From NCBI GenBank assembly GCA_035656355.1, contig DASRSR010000194.1:2691-66690 (forward strand): 64,000 nt of DNA, given 5' to 3'. Positions within the stretch are counted from its first letter, which is position 1; each line of letters starts with the position of its first letter. This document shows positions 27,349-36,939 of the stretch, in pieces. The stretch comes from Edaphobacter sp. (GTDB lineage: Bacteria > Acidobacteriota > Terriglobia > Terriglobales > Acidobacteriaceae). The notes under the pieces were generated by a model. The model made no database searches, was not told the origin of the DNA, and saw only the letters and a program-made list of their open reading frames with translations. The translations under genes and the position numbers were made by a program.

Positions 27349-28161
27349 CTAGCGGACTTCGGCGCTGACGTTAGGGGCATGTTCGACGGGAGGAGTTACC
27401 ATCGCGCTGGTGTCTTTCATGGCGGCGATAGCTTCGTCGTAGCGTCCGGCCAGGGAGTTGACGCGAATTCTTGCCATCTCTTCCAGCATCTGCATGCCGT
27501 CTTTGAGGTAGCTCATACGGGTGCGCTCGTCATGACCCCATGTGACGGGAACTTCACGGATGACGTATCTGAGCTTGCGCGCGATAAAGAGAATCTCAGG
27601 ATCGAAGCCCCACCGTTCGATTGTCTGCAGGCGAAAGATGACTTGTGCGGCTTGTCGTTTAAAGGCCTTGAAGCCACATTGGGTGTCGCGGAAGGGAAGT
27701 CCCATGACGGTCCGGGTGACCCAATTGAAACAGCGTCCGAAGAAGCGGCGATAAAGAGGTTGATGGATGGTTTGCCTGGTCCTGTCGAGCCAACGCGAGC
27801 CGATGGCTACATCAGCGCCATTTGCCAGGGCTTCGAACAGACGCTCGGCCTCTTCCATCGGGGCGGAGAGATCAGCATCGGTAAACATCACAATGTCGCC
27901 AGCGGCCTGCAGGAGTCCATTGCGGACGGAGTACCCCTTGCCCCGGTTTCCCGGATTCTGCACGAGGTGCAGGCGGGGATTATTTTGCATCCAGTGCTGA
28001 ACGATTGCCGCAGTATTGTCTGTTGAGCCGTCGTCTACAACCAGAACCTCAGCATCCCATCCGCGTGAGTCAATACACGTCATGATGCGGTGAAGAGCAT
28101 CTTCGATACGCGCACCTTCGTTATATGCGGGTACAACGACACTTAGGTGAGGATGAGACAT
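27349..28161 (-). CDS. GT2 glycosyltransferase (polyprenyl/dolichyl-phosphate glucosyltransferase-like)
   Basis: LSVVVPAYNE, VVDDGSTD, NRGKG, FTDADLS, DTQCGFK, WGFDPE. Confidence 0.9.
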   Translation of the reverse strand: MSHPHLSVVVPAYNEGARIEDALHRIMTCIDSRGWDAEVLVVDDGSTDNTAAIVQHWMQNNPRLHLVQNPGNRGKGYSVRNGLLQAAGDIVMFTDADLSAPMEEAERLFEALANGADVAIGSRWLDRTRQTIHQPLYRRFFGRCFNWVTRTVMGLPFRDTQCGFKAFKRQAAQVIFRLQTIERWGFDPEILFIARKLRYVIREVPVTWGHDERTRMSYLKDGMQMLEEMARIRVNSLAGRYDEAIAAMKDTSAMVTPPVEHAPNVSAEVR

Positions 28162-28356
28162 CGGTTTACCAGACTTTCGGAGTAAAAAGGCACTGCATAC
28201 TTTGTTTGCGGGAAGCACCGATACTGCCGTTGTTCATGTTACTGCAATAATTAGACGGCAAGACAACTAATTAAGACGCAGTTGCTACGAACTTCCGGCG
28301 GTCGAGAAAGCAGCTTCGTCATGCCAGGGTGGCTTCTCTTTGCTACACTCCTCAGC

Positions 28357-29373
28357 ATGCCGGAAGATTACGTTTCGCCCCCGCCGCCTCCGCCACCGAA
28401 CCCACCCTACGCCGCCCAACCCTGGACGTATCCGCCGACTTATTCTGTTCCGGCTTATGTTCCTCCTCCGCGCCGCTCCCCATGGTTTTATATCGGGATT
28501 ATTACGGGTTCAGTTGCTGCCGTGGTTTTGCTCATCAGCTTTATGGTCTGGATGACGGTTCGGTCCGCCAGTGGAAATGCCAGTCTGGATCTGGGTGATG
28601 GGAACCGGATTGCCGTGATCGATATTAATGGGGTCATTCTGTCGCCGGATGACATTAATACGCAGCTTCGGAAGTTCGGGGATGATTCGTCTGTAAAAGC
28701 GATCATCCTGCACATTAATTCTCCCGGTGGGGGAGCGGCAGCTTCGCAGGAGATCTATAACGAGGTCCTGCGGGTGCGGCAGGAGAAGCACAAAAAGATT
28801 ATTGCGTCTGTGGAGTCTGTGGGAGCCTCCGGCGCCTATTACATTGCCAGCGCCTGCGACAAAATCTATGCCAACAATGCGTCGGTTGTCGGTTCGATTG
28901 GCGTGATTATGGAGTGGACCAATTATGGCGACCTGATGCGCTGGGCCAAGCTGAAGAGCGTGGCCATTCATGCCGGGGAACTGAAGGACGCAGGCGACCC
29001 GAGCCGGGATATAACGCCAAAGGAACAAGCCTATTTTCAAGGGCTTGTGGACAATATGTACGGCCAGTTTATCCACGATGTCGCTACCGGTCGGCATACG
29101 TCTGAGGCGAAGATCAAGCCGCTGGCCACAGGTCAGGTATGGACGGGGCAGGAGGCGCTTCCTCTAGGCCTGATCGACAAGGTGGGAGGCTTCCGGACGG
29201 CCCTGATCGATACCGCCCGCAGTGTCGGAATCTCCGGCGAGCCAAATATTGTGCGGCCGCCGAAGGCAAAACGGGGTCTGCTTTCGCTGCTGAATGGAGA
29301 TGCCGATGACCTTTTTCCGAATCCCAGTCAGTTACTTAACAAGGCGCCGGGGTTTTACTTTATGTGGAAGTAA
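28357..29373 (+). CDS. sppA: Signal peptide peptidase SppA (S49, short form)
   Basis: INSPGG, GASGAYYIA, GSIGV, GELKDAG, GQVWTG; Pro-rich N-terminus plus a TM helix. Confidence 0.9.
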   Translation: MPEDYVSPPPPPPPNPPYAAQPWTYPPTYSVPAYVPPPRRSPWFYIGIITGSVAAVVLLISFMVWMTVRSASGNASLDLGDGNRIAVIDINGVILSPDDINTQLRKFGDDSSVKAIILHINSPGGGAAASQEIYNEVLRVRQEKHKKIIASVESVGASGAYYIASACDKIYANNASVVGSIGVIMEWTNYGDLMRWAKLKSVAIHAGELKDAGDPSRDITPKEQAYFQGLVDNMYGQFIHDVATGRHTSEAKIKPLATGQVWTGQEALPLGLIDKVGGFRTALIDTARSVGISGEPNIVRPPKAKRGLLSLLNGDADDLFPNPSQLLNKAPGFYFMWK

Positions 29374-29425
29374 GGTTCGACAGGCCCGTCTTTAGCTGTG
29401 CAAAATGTCGAGGAGGGGGATCAGG

Positions 29426-29438
29426 CAAATAATTGATT
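29426..29438 (-). promoter_or_regulatory. IHF consensus site
   Basis: Reverse complement AATCAATTATTTG matches WATCAANNNNTTR. Confidence 0.45.
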
Positions 29439-29613
29439 TTTTTCCTATTTGTACGCGACTCTTCAAGAGGTTTAGGCATCAGAATCTATTTATGTCGCCC
29501 TGTTTTTGATTCACTTAGGCTTCTGCCGGTTTGCGGACTGCATCTCATTTATAATCAATAACTAAGAGTATTAAAGCGAACTACGATCGCCAAAGCACGA
29601 AAGGAATCCGCCC

Positions 29614-29958
29614 ATGACCAAAGCAGACCTCGTTGACAAAGTGACCGCCCTTGGCGATCTCACCCGCCGCGATGGAGAGGTCATCGTTGACACACTTTTC
29701 GAGTCCGTTATCGGTGCTCTTAAGACCGGCGATAAAGTTGAAATTCGCGGCTTCGGCAGCTTCCGGACCCGCCAGCGCAATGCCCGAACAGGACGCAATC
29801 CCAAGACCGGAGCTAAGGTCGATGTGCCGGCCAAGCGGGTGCCTTTCTTTAAGCCATCCAAAGAGTTGCGTGATTTGGTCAATCCTCAGGGTGCCCACGA
29901 AGGTGGCGACAAGGAGCATAAAGAGACCGTCGATCCGCATCATCCTCCGGCTATGTAA
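29614..29958 (+). CDS. HU/IHF-family protein (IHF-beta-like)
   Basis: MTKADLV, VEIRGFGSF, GRNPKTG, FKPSKEL. Confidence 0.93.
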   Translation: MTKADLVDKVTALGDLTRRDGEVIVDTLFESVIGALKTGDKVEIRGFGSFRTRQRNARTGRNPKTGAKVDVPAKRVPFFKPSKELRDLVNPQGAHEGGDKEHKETVDPHHPPAM

Positions 29959-29988
29959 AACGATACCCCAGGCATAGATTCAAAAGAG

Positions 29989-30024
29989 ACCCACCACCGG
30001 ACTATCCTGGTGCGTGGGTTTTTT
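29989..30024 (+). terminator. Intrinsic terminator after the HU/IHF gene
   Basis: Imperfect CCCACCACCGG...CCTGGTGCGTGGG stem, then TTTTTT. Confidence 0.65.
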
Positions 30025-30137
30025 ATGCGCAGCAGGTCTTTCGACCTATGGCTTACCTGCCATCGAAACACGAATCCGAACTGAGATGCTACCTACTTTG
30101 TCATGAAGTCAGCAGTGGCGTTGCAGCATAATGAGAT

Positions 30138-31574
30138 TTAGAAGAGTGAAGGTCTTGAGCCTCCTCCGAGAAGGGCCGGGCTGATGTTTGCGGTGGTGTG
30201 GGAGCCTTCCGAACCTCCCCATGCGAAGAGCAGATAGAAGACGGGCAGGCCGCCAGCGTGGACGGTTAGACCGGCGTTGAAGCTGTGGCGCAGATGATCG
30301 AATGCGATGTCGTCCCGGCGCATGGCAACCTTGCCTTCATCGACGGAGAACAATGCGCCGATGGGAAGCTTGCCAATGGAATGTTCAATGGTGCCGCGGA
30401 GCAGAAGCAGGTTTGGTGCGCGGAAGCGGTAGTCGGGATAGCTGGCAAGCATGGGGGTGCCGTTGATGTCGGACCCGCCGAGAGTAGGCATGAGATAGAA
30501 CGGGACGGTGCTGCCCCGGTTTGCGAAGGACTCGGACAGGAAGAGGCGAAGAGAGATGGAGCCTTCGAGCTTTTCAGGGGTGGAGACTACAGGACAGGGC
30601 CGCGCAGGGTCCTGGCCTGCGGCGGCACGCTGCGGCGGAATATTTTTACCGGCGCTGCTGCCGGTGCAATCGTCGGGGCCGTTGTAGATGATTTGCGAGG
30701 CACGATTGGTGTAATACTTTGCGGCGAGCCGTGAAGGCAGGAGGCTGTACAACGGTATCTCGTGATTAAAGTCCGCGTTCCAGCGACGGAACGAATACGC
30801 GCTGTTCCCGGGAGCGACATACTGCTGGAACTGCAGAAGGTAGTTGAGGCGAATTCGGTTTTTGAAGAATCCGGGCGCGATCCGCACGCCTTCCGAGGGC
30901 TGAAAGTACGCCGTCTGGCGAACGAGGCCCGGAGCGGTGGTTTCGGTGAAGATTTGGCTCGTGGAGGGAATGGATGATTCGGAGCCGGGGCGAAGGCTGG
31001 GAAACCGGCCATTGAGTTCAGCGACGATGGCGATTCTCGCGGGGCGGAATACGCCATTGAGGGGCATGATTGCACTAACCCCGGTGATATTTTCCGAGAA
31101 CCCATAGGTCGTATGAGTCGCCGGTAGCGTATTCGGGCCGAGGCCATAGTAATCGACCCGGGTGAGAGAGATGCTCTGAGAATAGAGGCCGAAGAGAGGC
31201 GCGACCTTATACGTGGTACCGCCTGGCAGCCGATATGCCTTCATGTAGGCGCCGGCGCGCCATGAACCGTTCAGCGTGGCCTGCGCGTCGATGTTGTAGT
31301 TCGTTCTCCACTCGTTGGCGAAGTTTTTGTGTTCGACAAAGGCGAGGCCAAAGCCAAGACCATTTTGTGGAGCAAGGCTGCCGACGCTGATGTGCATGGG
31401 CTGTCCCATGACAAGGGTCTGGCCGCAATCGGCGAGGCTGCCGAAGTTCAGCTTTTTGCAACTGGAGAGAGATTCGGCTTCAACGCGGAAGTCGCGATGA
31501 AGGCGACTCTCATTCTGAGCGAGAGCGGATATCGGGAAAGCGGCGAGCAGGAGAACAATCGCTGCGGCCCTCAT
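30138..31574 (-). CDS. Predicted outer-membrane beta-barrel, Omp85/BamA-TamA-like, no POTRA domain
   Basis: Signal peptide; alternating strands; LGG...LASYPDYRFRAPNLLLLRGTIEH resembles the Omp85 loop-6 region. Confidence 0.6.
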   Translation of the reverse strand: MRAAAIVLLLAAFPISALAQNESRLHRDFRVEAESLSSCKKLNFGSLADCGQTLVMGQPMHISVGSLAPQNGLGFGLAFVEHKNFANEWRTNYNIDAQATLNGSWRAGAYMKAYRLPGGTTYKVAPLFGLYSQSISLTRVDYYGLGPNTLPATHTTYGFSENITGVSAIMPLNGVFRPARIAIVAELNGRFPSLRPGSESSIPSTSQIFTETTAPGLVRQTAYFQPSEGVRIAPGFFKNRIRLNYLLQFQQYVAPGNSAYSFRRWNADFNHEIPLYSLLPSRLAAKYYTNRASQIIYNGPDDCTGSSAGKNIPPQRAAAGQDPARPCPVVSTPEKLEGSISLRLFLSESFANRGSTVPFYLMPTLGGSDINGTPMLASYPDYRFRAPNLLLLRGTIEHSIGKLPIGALFSVDEGKVAMRRDDIAFDHLRHSFNAGLTVHAGGLPVFYLLFAWGGSEGSHTTANISPALLGGGSRPSLF

Positions 31575-31978
31575 GATTTTTTCCTCTTCACGGAGGCCGG
31601 CGTAGTGCGTTTTTTAGAAGCTGCCTTTTTCTTTCGAGCGCGACTGCTTTTTGACGCTATTTTCTTTTCTGCGGAGGCGGCGAGCGATAAGGTGCGGGTG
31701 GAGGAGGTTGAGACTGGAGTCCGAGATTTTTTGACCGGCATTTTGACGACTTTGGGTGCGGCTGGACGGTTGAGAAGCAGGCCGGTCATGGCAGCAATGT
31801 AGATAGCAGCATCGTTTTCAGTGATGATGCGATGCTTAGGCAAGGTATCGCGGAGTTCCTGAGGAAGGCGATACTCCACGTGCTTGAGGTGTTTGATCTG
31901 GGACTTGATCAGATCTGACATGGGTCGCTGCATATTGAACGCTTGCTTCGGCGGGGCGGGAACACGAATCGCATCCAT
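31571..31978 (-). CDS. Hypothetical protein with Lys/Arg/Ser-rich histone-like tail (135 aa)
   Basis: AGGAGA RBS before MDAIRVP; stop overlaps the next start (ATGA); tail KKKAASKKRTTPASVKRKKS. Confidence 0.7.
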   Translation of the reverse strand: MDAIRVPAPPKQAFNMQRPMSDLIKSQIKHLKHVEYRLPQELRDTLPKHRIITENDAAIYIAAMTGLLLNRPAAPKVVKMPVKKSRTPVSTSSTRTLSLAASAEKKIASKSSRARKKKAASKKRTTPASVKRKKS

Positions 31979-31994
31979 TGCATTTCTCCTGAGG

Positions 31995-33221
31995 TCAGTC
32001 GTTTTTGAAGGCAGGGCAGTCGCTATTGCTACGCATGGTGGGCTGATTGATGTAGCCGAGAAAGGTGTTGGCGGCAATTTCACGCGGCGAACGCTGGCTG
32101 TATTCTCCGATGAGAAATTCGGTAAGGGTTGCCGGTATGGAGGCATGTTCGAAGGTTTCGTTGATGACGGTTCCGCGAGCGATCCAGGGCGAGATGAGGA
32201 CGGCGGGAACGCGAACGCCGAGCCGGTCGAAATGGAAGGGGTCAGGCGTGCCAGTCGCGGAGGGCTGGGCGACGAAGCCGTCGGGAGTGCAGGCGGGAGG
32301 CTTGACATGATCGTAGATGCCGCCGTGTTCGTCGTAGGCGATTAGGATCGCCGTATTGGGCCAGAGCTTTGGATTGTTGCGGATGGCATTGTAGACCTTG
32401 ACAATGAATTGTTCGCCAGCGCGCACATCGTGGTCCGGATGCTGGTCGGAAGCGATGAGTTCTCCGCCACCGTTAGGGTCTTCGTGGTCGGTGTAATTGG
32501 GCTCGATGAAGCTATATTCGGGGAGCTTGTTTCTGCTGCAGGCATCGAGGAAGTCCTGGAAGGTTCCGAAAAGGGAGGGTTGGTTCTGGAGGAGGTTAAT
32601 TACTTCCAGCGAGGAACTGGCCTGGTCGAAGTAGTAAAGCTGGGTGGAGTGGCCGGCGGCGACCAATCTTTCGTAGATGCTTTTGTATTGCTTGTTCCAG
32701 TAGAAGACGTCCATGCTGACCTGGCCGAATGACGTGCCATAGTGAGCGAAGGCACGATTGCAGAGTGTAGGGCCGGGAATGGAAGAGAACCAGCGATTGA
32801 AGACCGCAAATTCTGTGGCGAGTGTGGTGAGGACCGGCAGCTTATCCGGAGTGAAGTAGCTGAGAATTTTGTGAGAGTGGGCGACGCTGTGTTGCTGGTT
32901 GAAATAGCTTTTGACGAAGCCTTCCATATTTGGGGCGCGGTTCGGATTCTGCGCGGTGGTGACGCCGCCGAATATCTGAAGGTCAACGGCAGGGAAGTGA
33001 TGGTCGGGGTCGGGGTCGAGCTGGCTTTGATACTCGGCGTCGGGAGAAACGGTGATGGGTTCGCCGGTTGAATCGAGATTGGTCTCGTGTCCGGTGAGAC
33101 CATCGATTTGCGGATATTTAGTATGGAGCGCGCCTAACATGTGGTCGAAGGAGCGATTCTCCATCATGAGTACGACGACGTGCTTCAGGTTCTGAATGCC
33201 TGGCAGCGTTCTGTCCAGCAT
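31995..33221 (-). CDS. Phosphoesterase (phospholipase C/AcpA family), no signal peptide
   Basis: KHVVVLMMENRSFDHMLG, DPDH, GPTLCNR, YDEHGGIYDHV, LGVRVPAVLISPW. Confidence 0.9.
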   Translation of the reverse strand: MLDRTLPGIQNLKHVVVLMMENRSFDHMLGALHTKYPQIDGLTGHETNLDSTGEPITVSPDAEYQSQLDPDPDHHFPAVDLQIFGGVTTAQNPNRAPNMEGFVKSYFNQQHSVAHSHKILSYFTPDKLPVLTTLATEFAVFNRWFSSIPGPTLCNRAFAHYGTSFGQVSMDVFYWNKQYKSIYERLVAAGHSTQLYYFDQASSSLEVINLLQNQPSLFGTFQDFLDACSRNKLPEYSFIEPNYTDHEDPNGGGELIASDQHPDHDVRAGEQFIVKVYNAIRNNPKLWPNTAILIAYDEHGGIYDHVKPPACTPDGFVAQPSATGTPDPFHFDRLGVRVPAVLISPWIARGTVINETFEHASIPATLTEFLIGEYSQRSPREIAANTFLGYINQPTMRSNSDCPAFKND

Positions 33222-33427
33222 TTTCTGCCTCCGGAGGTATGGGGATGGGGAGCAAGCTTGCAGTCACCAAAGCGGGCCCGGTTACGACAGAGTTAGCAGG
33301 TTATGAGATTCGGAAATCATAGGGGCAAATAAGAAATTTGTCAGCAACTTTGTTTGCGATGGCGCGAGGACAGGATGTCCGGAATTTGGGCTAGAGTAGT
33401 GGGTTATTTGTTTGTGAAAGAACAGCC

Positions 33428-33507
33428 GCAGATCCTTCCCTTCGACTTTGCTCAGGGCAGGCTCTTCGTTTGGCCAGAAACGGGCCAAACTCCGCTCAGG
33501 ATGACAA
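33428..33507. repeat. REP-like repeat (family C, ending CGCTCAGGATGAC) with a nested 25-nt unit
   Basis: GCAGATCCTT[C]CCTTCGACTTTGCTCAGGGCAGGCT CTTCGTTTGG..CCAAACTCCGCTCAGGATGACAA. Confidence 0.75.
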
Positions 33508-33572
33508 GTTCTTATTGCTGCGAATTTTTGACTCAGCATATTAGAGACAGAGTTTTGTTGCCGGGATTGTGG

Positions 33573-34922
33573 TTAGATAAATGCCGCGATCAGCAGAGTG
33601 AGGCCTAGTGCAACGAAAGAGATGATGGTTTCGCAGACGGACCAACTTTTTAGAGTGTCGGCTACGGACATATTGAAGTATTCCTTCACCAACCAGAAGC
33701 CGCCGTCGTTGACGTGAGAAAAGCCGAGCGATCCGGCGCCGGTGGCGATGGCAAGCAGCGCCGGGTGCGATCCGGGACTATGCGCTGCGATAGGGGCCAC
33801 AATGGTAGCGGCGGTGGTCATGGCTACGGTGGCCGAGCCAGTGGAGATGCGAATGACGGTCGCCACTGTCCAGCCAAGCAGAAGCAGCGGCACATGAGCG
33901 TGGAGCGCGACCTGCACGATGGCTGCGGAAACCCCGCTGTCTTGCAGGATGCCGCCAAAGCCGCCGCCCGCGCCAACCAGCAGGGTTACGGTCGCGGTCG
34001 GGGCGAGGCACTCGTTGGAAAACTTAAGAATCGACTCTCGCGTAAAGCCACGCATGGTGCCGAGGGTGATGAAGCTGACGAGAACGCCGACTAACAGCGA
34101 TATGTCGGCATTGCCGAGAAGGTGAAGAGTTGAATTCAACGCACTGTTGGGGGTGGAGATTTTGTTGGCCCAGCTTCCGAGCAGCATCAGGAGAACAGGA
34201 AACAGCACGGTCGCGACGGTCAGGCTGAAGCTGGGCAGGCTGCGCTCTTCACCGTGGTCGACAAATTGCGCGGCCATGGGGTTTTCTTCATCGAGCTTGA
34301 TCCTGGGAGCGATGAATTTTGCGTAGAGCGGGCCGGCGATGATGGCGGTTGGAATGCCGATCAGTAGAGCGAAGAAGACAGTGCGGCCAAGGTCGGCGTT
34401 GTAGATAGCGACGGCAACCAGTGCCGCCGGATGCGGAGGCACAAGTCCGTGGACGACTGAGAGTCCGGCGACCATAGGCAGTCCGACCATCAACAGCGAG
34501 GTTTTGGTGCGGCGGGCGATGGTAAAGGCGATGGGAACAAGAAGAACGAAACCGACTTCAAAGAAGACCGGGAGGCCAACGATGAAGCCAATGGTAACCA
34601 TCGCCCAATGGACGCGCTTCTCGCCGAAGAAGCGGATCAGAGTATAGGCGATGCGGTCTGCGCCGCCGGACTCGGCCATCATCTTGCCAAGCATGGTGCC
34701 CAGGCCCACCACGATGGCGATGTGCCCCATGGTGCCGCCGAGGCCCACTTCAAAGGAGTGGACGATGGCATGCATCGGCATGCCCGTGGCCACCGCCAGC
34801 GCCAGCGACGTGACAAAGAGGACAATAAACGGATTCAGCTTCGCGACCGCGACCAGAAGGATAAGTGCTACGACCGAGATAGCTGCTGAAGTAAGCAGAA
34901 CGATCGAATGGTGATCGATCAT
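33573..34922 (-). CDS. GntP/DsdX-family sugar-acid:H+ permease
   Basis: KLNPFIVL, GKMMAESGGA, LVPPHP, GGGFG, SHVNDGGFWLVKEY. Confidence 0.93.
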   Translation of the reverse strand: MIDHHSIVLLTSAAISVVALILLVAVAKLNPFIVLFVTSLALAVATGMPMHAIVHSFEVGLGGTMGHIAIVVGLGTMLGKMMAESGGADRIAYTLIRFFGEKRVHWAMVTIGFIVGLPVFFEVGFVLLVPIAFTIARRTKTSLLMVGLPMVAGLSVVHGLVPPHPAALVAVAIYNADLGRTVFFALLIGIPTAIIAGPLYAKFIAPRIKLDEENPMAAQFVDHGEERSLPSFSLTVATVLFPVLLMLLGSWANKISTPNSALNSTLHLLGNADISLLVGVLVSFITLGTMRGFTRESILKFSNECLAPTATVTLLVGAGGGFGGILQDSGVSAAIVQVALHAHVPLLLLGWTVATVIRISTGSATVAMTTAATIVAPIAAHSPGSHPALLAIATGAGSLGFSHVNDGGFWLVKEYFNMSVADTLKSWSVCETIISFVALGLTLLIAAFI

Positions 34923-34970
34923 AGGGCTGGAACCATATGGGGCCTTTTCATTTCAGGAGCGTGTGTTGAA

Positions 34971-35363
34971 TCAGCGGGCAGGTGCTTTGTAGGCGACGCA
35001 CTCAATCTCTACCTTGCAGTCGACGACCATGCTGGAGACGACGCAGGCGCGTGCTGGTGGATTTTCGCCAAAGTATTGGCGAAAGACGCCATTGAATGAC
35101 TGGAAATCGCGAGGGTCGTCGAGCCAGACGCCGCAGCGAACTACATGCTCGGGGCCGTAGCCTGCTTCCTTAAGAATTGCGAGAAGGTTCTGGATAGCCT
35201 GATGGGATTGGGCGACGATGTTGCCTGAAGTGATTTCGCCATTCACCATGGGAACCTGACCGGAGACATACAGCCATCCGTCTGCTTCGACGGCGCGGGC
35301 AAAGGGAAGATGCTGACCTCCTGTTCCTTTACCGCCTTCTACGCCATAACGCTTGATGCTCAT
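34971..35363 (-). CDS. RidA/YjgF/UK114 family enamine/imine deaminase
   Basis: MSIKRYG..., LYVSGQVP, FGENPPARACV, VEIECVA. Start at ATG 35363, not the ORF-track start. Confidence 0.9.
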   Translation of the reverse strand: MSIKRYGVEGGKGTGGQHLPFARAVEADGWLYVSGQVPMVNGEITSGNIVAQSHQAIQNLLAILKEAGYGPEHVVRCGVWLDDPRDFQSFNGVFRQYFGENPPARACVVSSMVVDCKVEIECVAYKAPAR

Positions 35364-35400
35364 CTCTGTTGCTCCTTTGCTGCAAAATTGAGGTTGAATC

Positions 35401-36849
35401 TTAGTGTTGTGCCTGTCCGCGGAGAAGAAACCTTCCGGCGCGCTGCCCGGTCGGTTCGCCATTCTGATAGGAAAGCACACCGTTAACCCAGACGCCGAGG
35501 ATGCCTTTCGCTGGACGAGCAGGATCGGTGAAAGTTGCAGTGTCCTCAACTGCTGCCGGGTCGAAGAGCACCAGGTCGGCGCTGTGGCCTTCCTTGATTC
35601 GACCGCGGTCGTTAAGTCCAAACCGCGCGGCCGGCATCCCGGTCATTTTGTGAATGGCCGTTGCGAGAGGAAACAGCTTCAGTTCACGGCTGTAACGGCC
35701 TAGCACTCGAGGGAACGTTCCCCAGAGGCGGGGGTGCGGTAACGGATCGTTGGGCAGACCATCGGAGCCGATCATGGTTGCCGGATGCTGGAGGATGCGG
35801 CGCATGTCGTCTTCTGAGATGCTGTGATAGATCGCGCCTGCAGGTTGCAACCGACGTGCGGCTTCGATTTGCTCTACATTCCAGATTTCCGCTATCTCCG
35901 CGACGGTTTTGCCTGCCATTTCAGGGTGAGGCTTGCACCACGTAATAGTAACTTTGACGCGTTCGTCTACCTGGCGCAGGTCGAGCGTGCTGGAACCGGC
36001 AGCATAGGGGTAGCAATCACAGCCGACGGGCTGTGAGCTGCGGGCGTGGTCGAGTGCATGTAAGACTTCTTCGCTACGCCCCCAATTGTCGATGCCTGCA
36101 CACTTCAAATGTGAGATCACGATAGGGATGCGACATTCGCGTCCAATTCTGAATGCCTCGTTCATTGCATTCAGAATTGTCTCCGTCTCTGAGCGCATGT
36201 GCGTCGTGTAGATTGCGCCGTGCGTTGCCAATGGTTCGGCCAGGGAAAGAACTTCTTCGGTAGGAGCGGAGTTGGCAGAGAGATATGCGAGTCCTGAGCT
36301 TAGACCTAGCGCGCCATGATCGAGTGCTTCGGTTAGCTGCGTGCGCATTTGCTCAATCTCGGTTGCCGTCGCTGCGCGGTCCAGGCGGTCCATGTGGTTG
36401 TTGCGCAGTGCGGTATGGCCGACGAGAGCTGCGACGTTGATTGCAGGCGATGCGGACTGCACGGCTTCAACGTAGGAGGCAAACGTCGGATAACGGAACG
36501 CCTCTACTTCGCCCAGGAGATTCATGGGGTCGGGCGGCTCTCCATTGAGCCGTACTGGAGAGGCGCTGATGCCGCAGTTGCCTACGATGACGGTGGTGAC
36601 GCCCTGCGATAGCTTGGGCAACATTCCGGGTGTGCGGATGACGCTCGTGTCGTCATGCGTATGCACATCGATGAAGCCTGGAGCCAGCACATTTCCATTC
36701 GCTTCAATAACTTCTCGGCCGGTGTACTCTGGAATCTGCCCAACGGCGCAGATGCGGCCACTGTCGAGCGCAACATCGCCGGTTACAGGCGCAGCGCCGC
36801 TGCCGTCGAGAATACTTGCATTACGGATAAGCGTGTCGCAGAGGGGCAT
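35401..36849 (-). CDS. N-acyl-D-amino-acid deacylase family amidohydrolase (OngB-like)
   Basis: PGFIDVHTHDD, GNCGIS, THMRSE, SHLKC, GSDG, HPRLWGTFPRVLG. Confidence 0.9.
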   Translation of the reverse strand: MPLCDTLIRNASILDGSGAAPVTGDVALDSGRICAVGQIPEYTGREVIEANGNVLAPGFIDVHTHDDTSVIRTPGMLPKLSQGVTTVIVGNCGISASPVRLNGEPPDPMNLLGEVEAFRYPTFASYVEAVQSASPAINVAALVGHTALRNNHMDRLDRAATATEIEQMRTQLTEALDHGALGLSSGLAYLSANSAPTEEVLSLAEPLATHGAIYTTHMRSETETILNAMNEAFRIGRECRIPIVISHLKCAGIDNWGRSEEVLHALDHARSSQPVGCDCYPYAAGSSTLDLRQVDERVKVTITWCKPHPEMAGKTVAEIAEIWNVEQIEAARRLQPAGAIYHSISEDDMRRILQHPATMIGSDGLPNDPLPHPRLWGTFPRVLGRYSRELKLFPLATAIHKMTGMPAARFGLNDRGRIKEGHSADLVLFDPAAVEDTATFTDPARPAKGILGVWVNGVLSYQNGEPTGQRAGRFLLRGQAQH

Positions 36850-36939
36850 ATATCTTTTTTAGAGTAATGTCTGGCGATGCGCCAGAATACCATGATGGAA
36901 GAGTCTTTATCTTGCAGCGAAGATGGGGTTGATTTTTTT

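Noticed and set aside
28357-28490. Eukaryote-like PPxY motifs in the SppA N-terminus
   Set aside because: Low-complexity Pro-rich cytoplasmic tail; the motif is expected by chance
34971-35621. 216-aa version of RidA overlapping the deacylase by 220 nt
   Set aside because: RidA homology begins at MSIKRYG (ATG 35363); the extension is an ORF-track artefact
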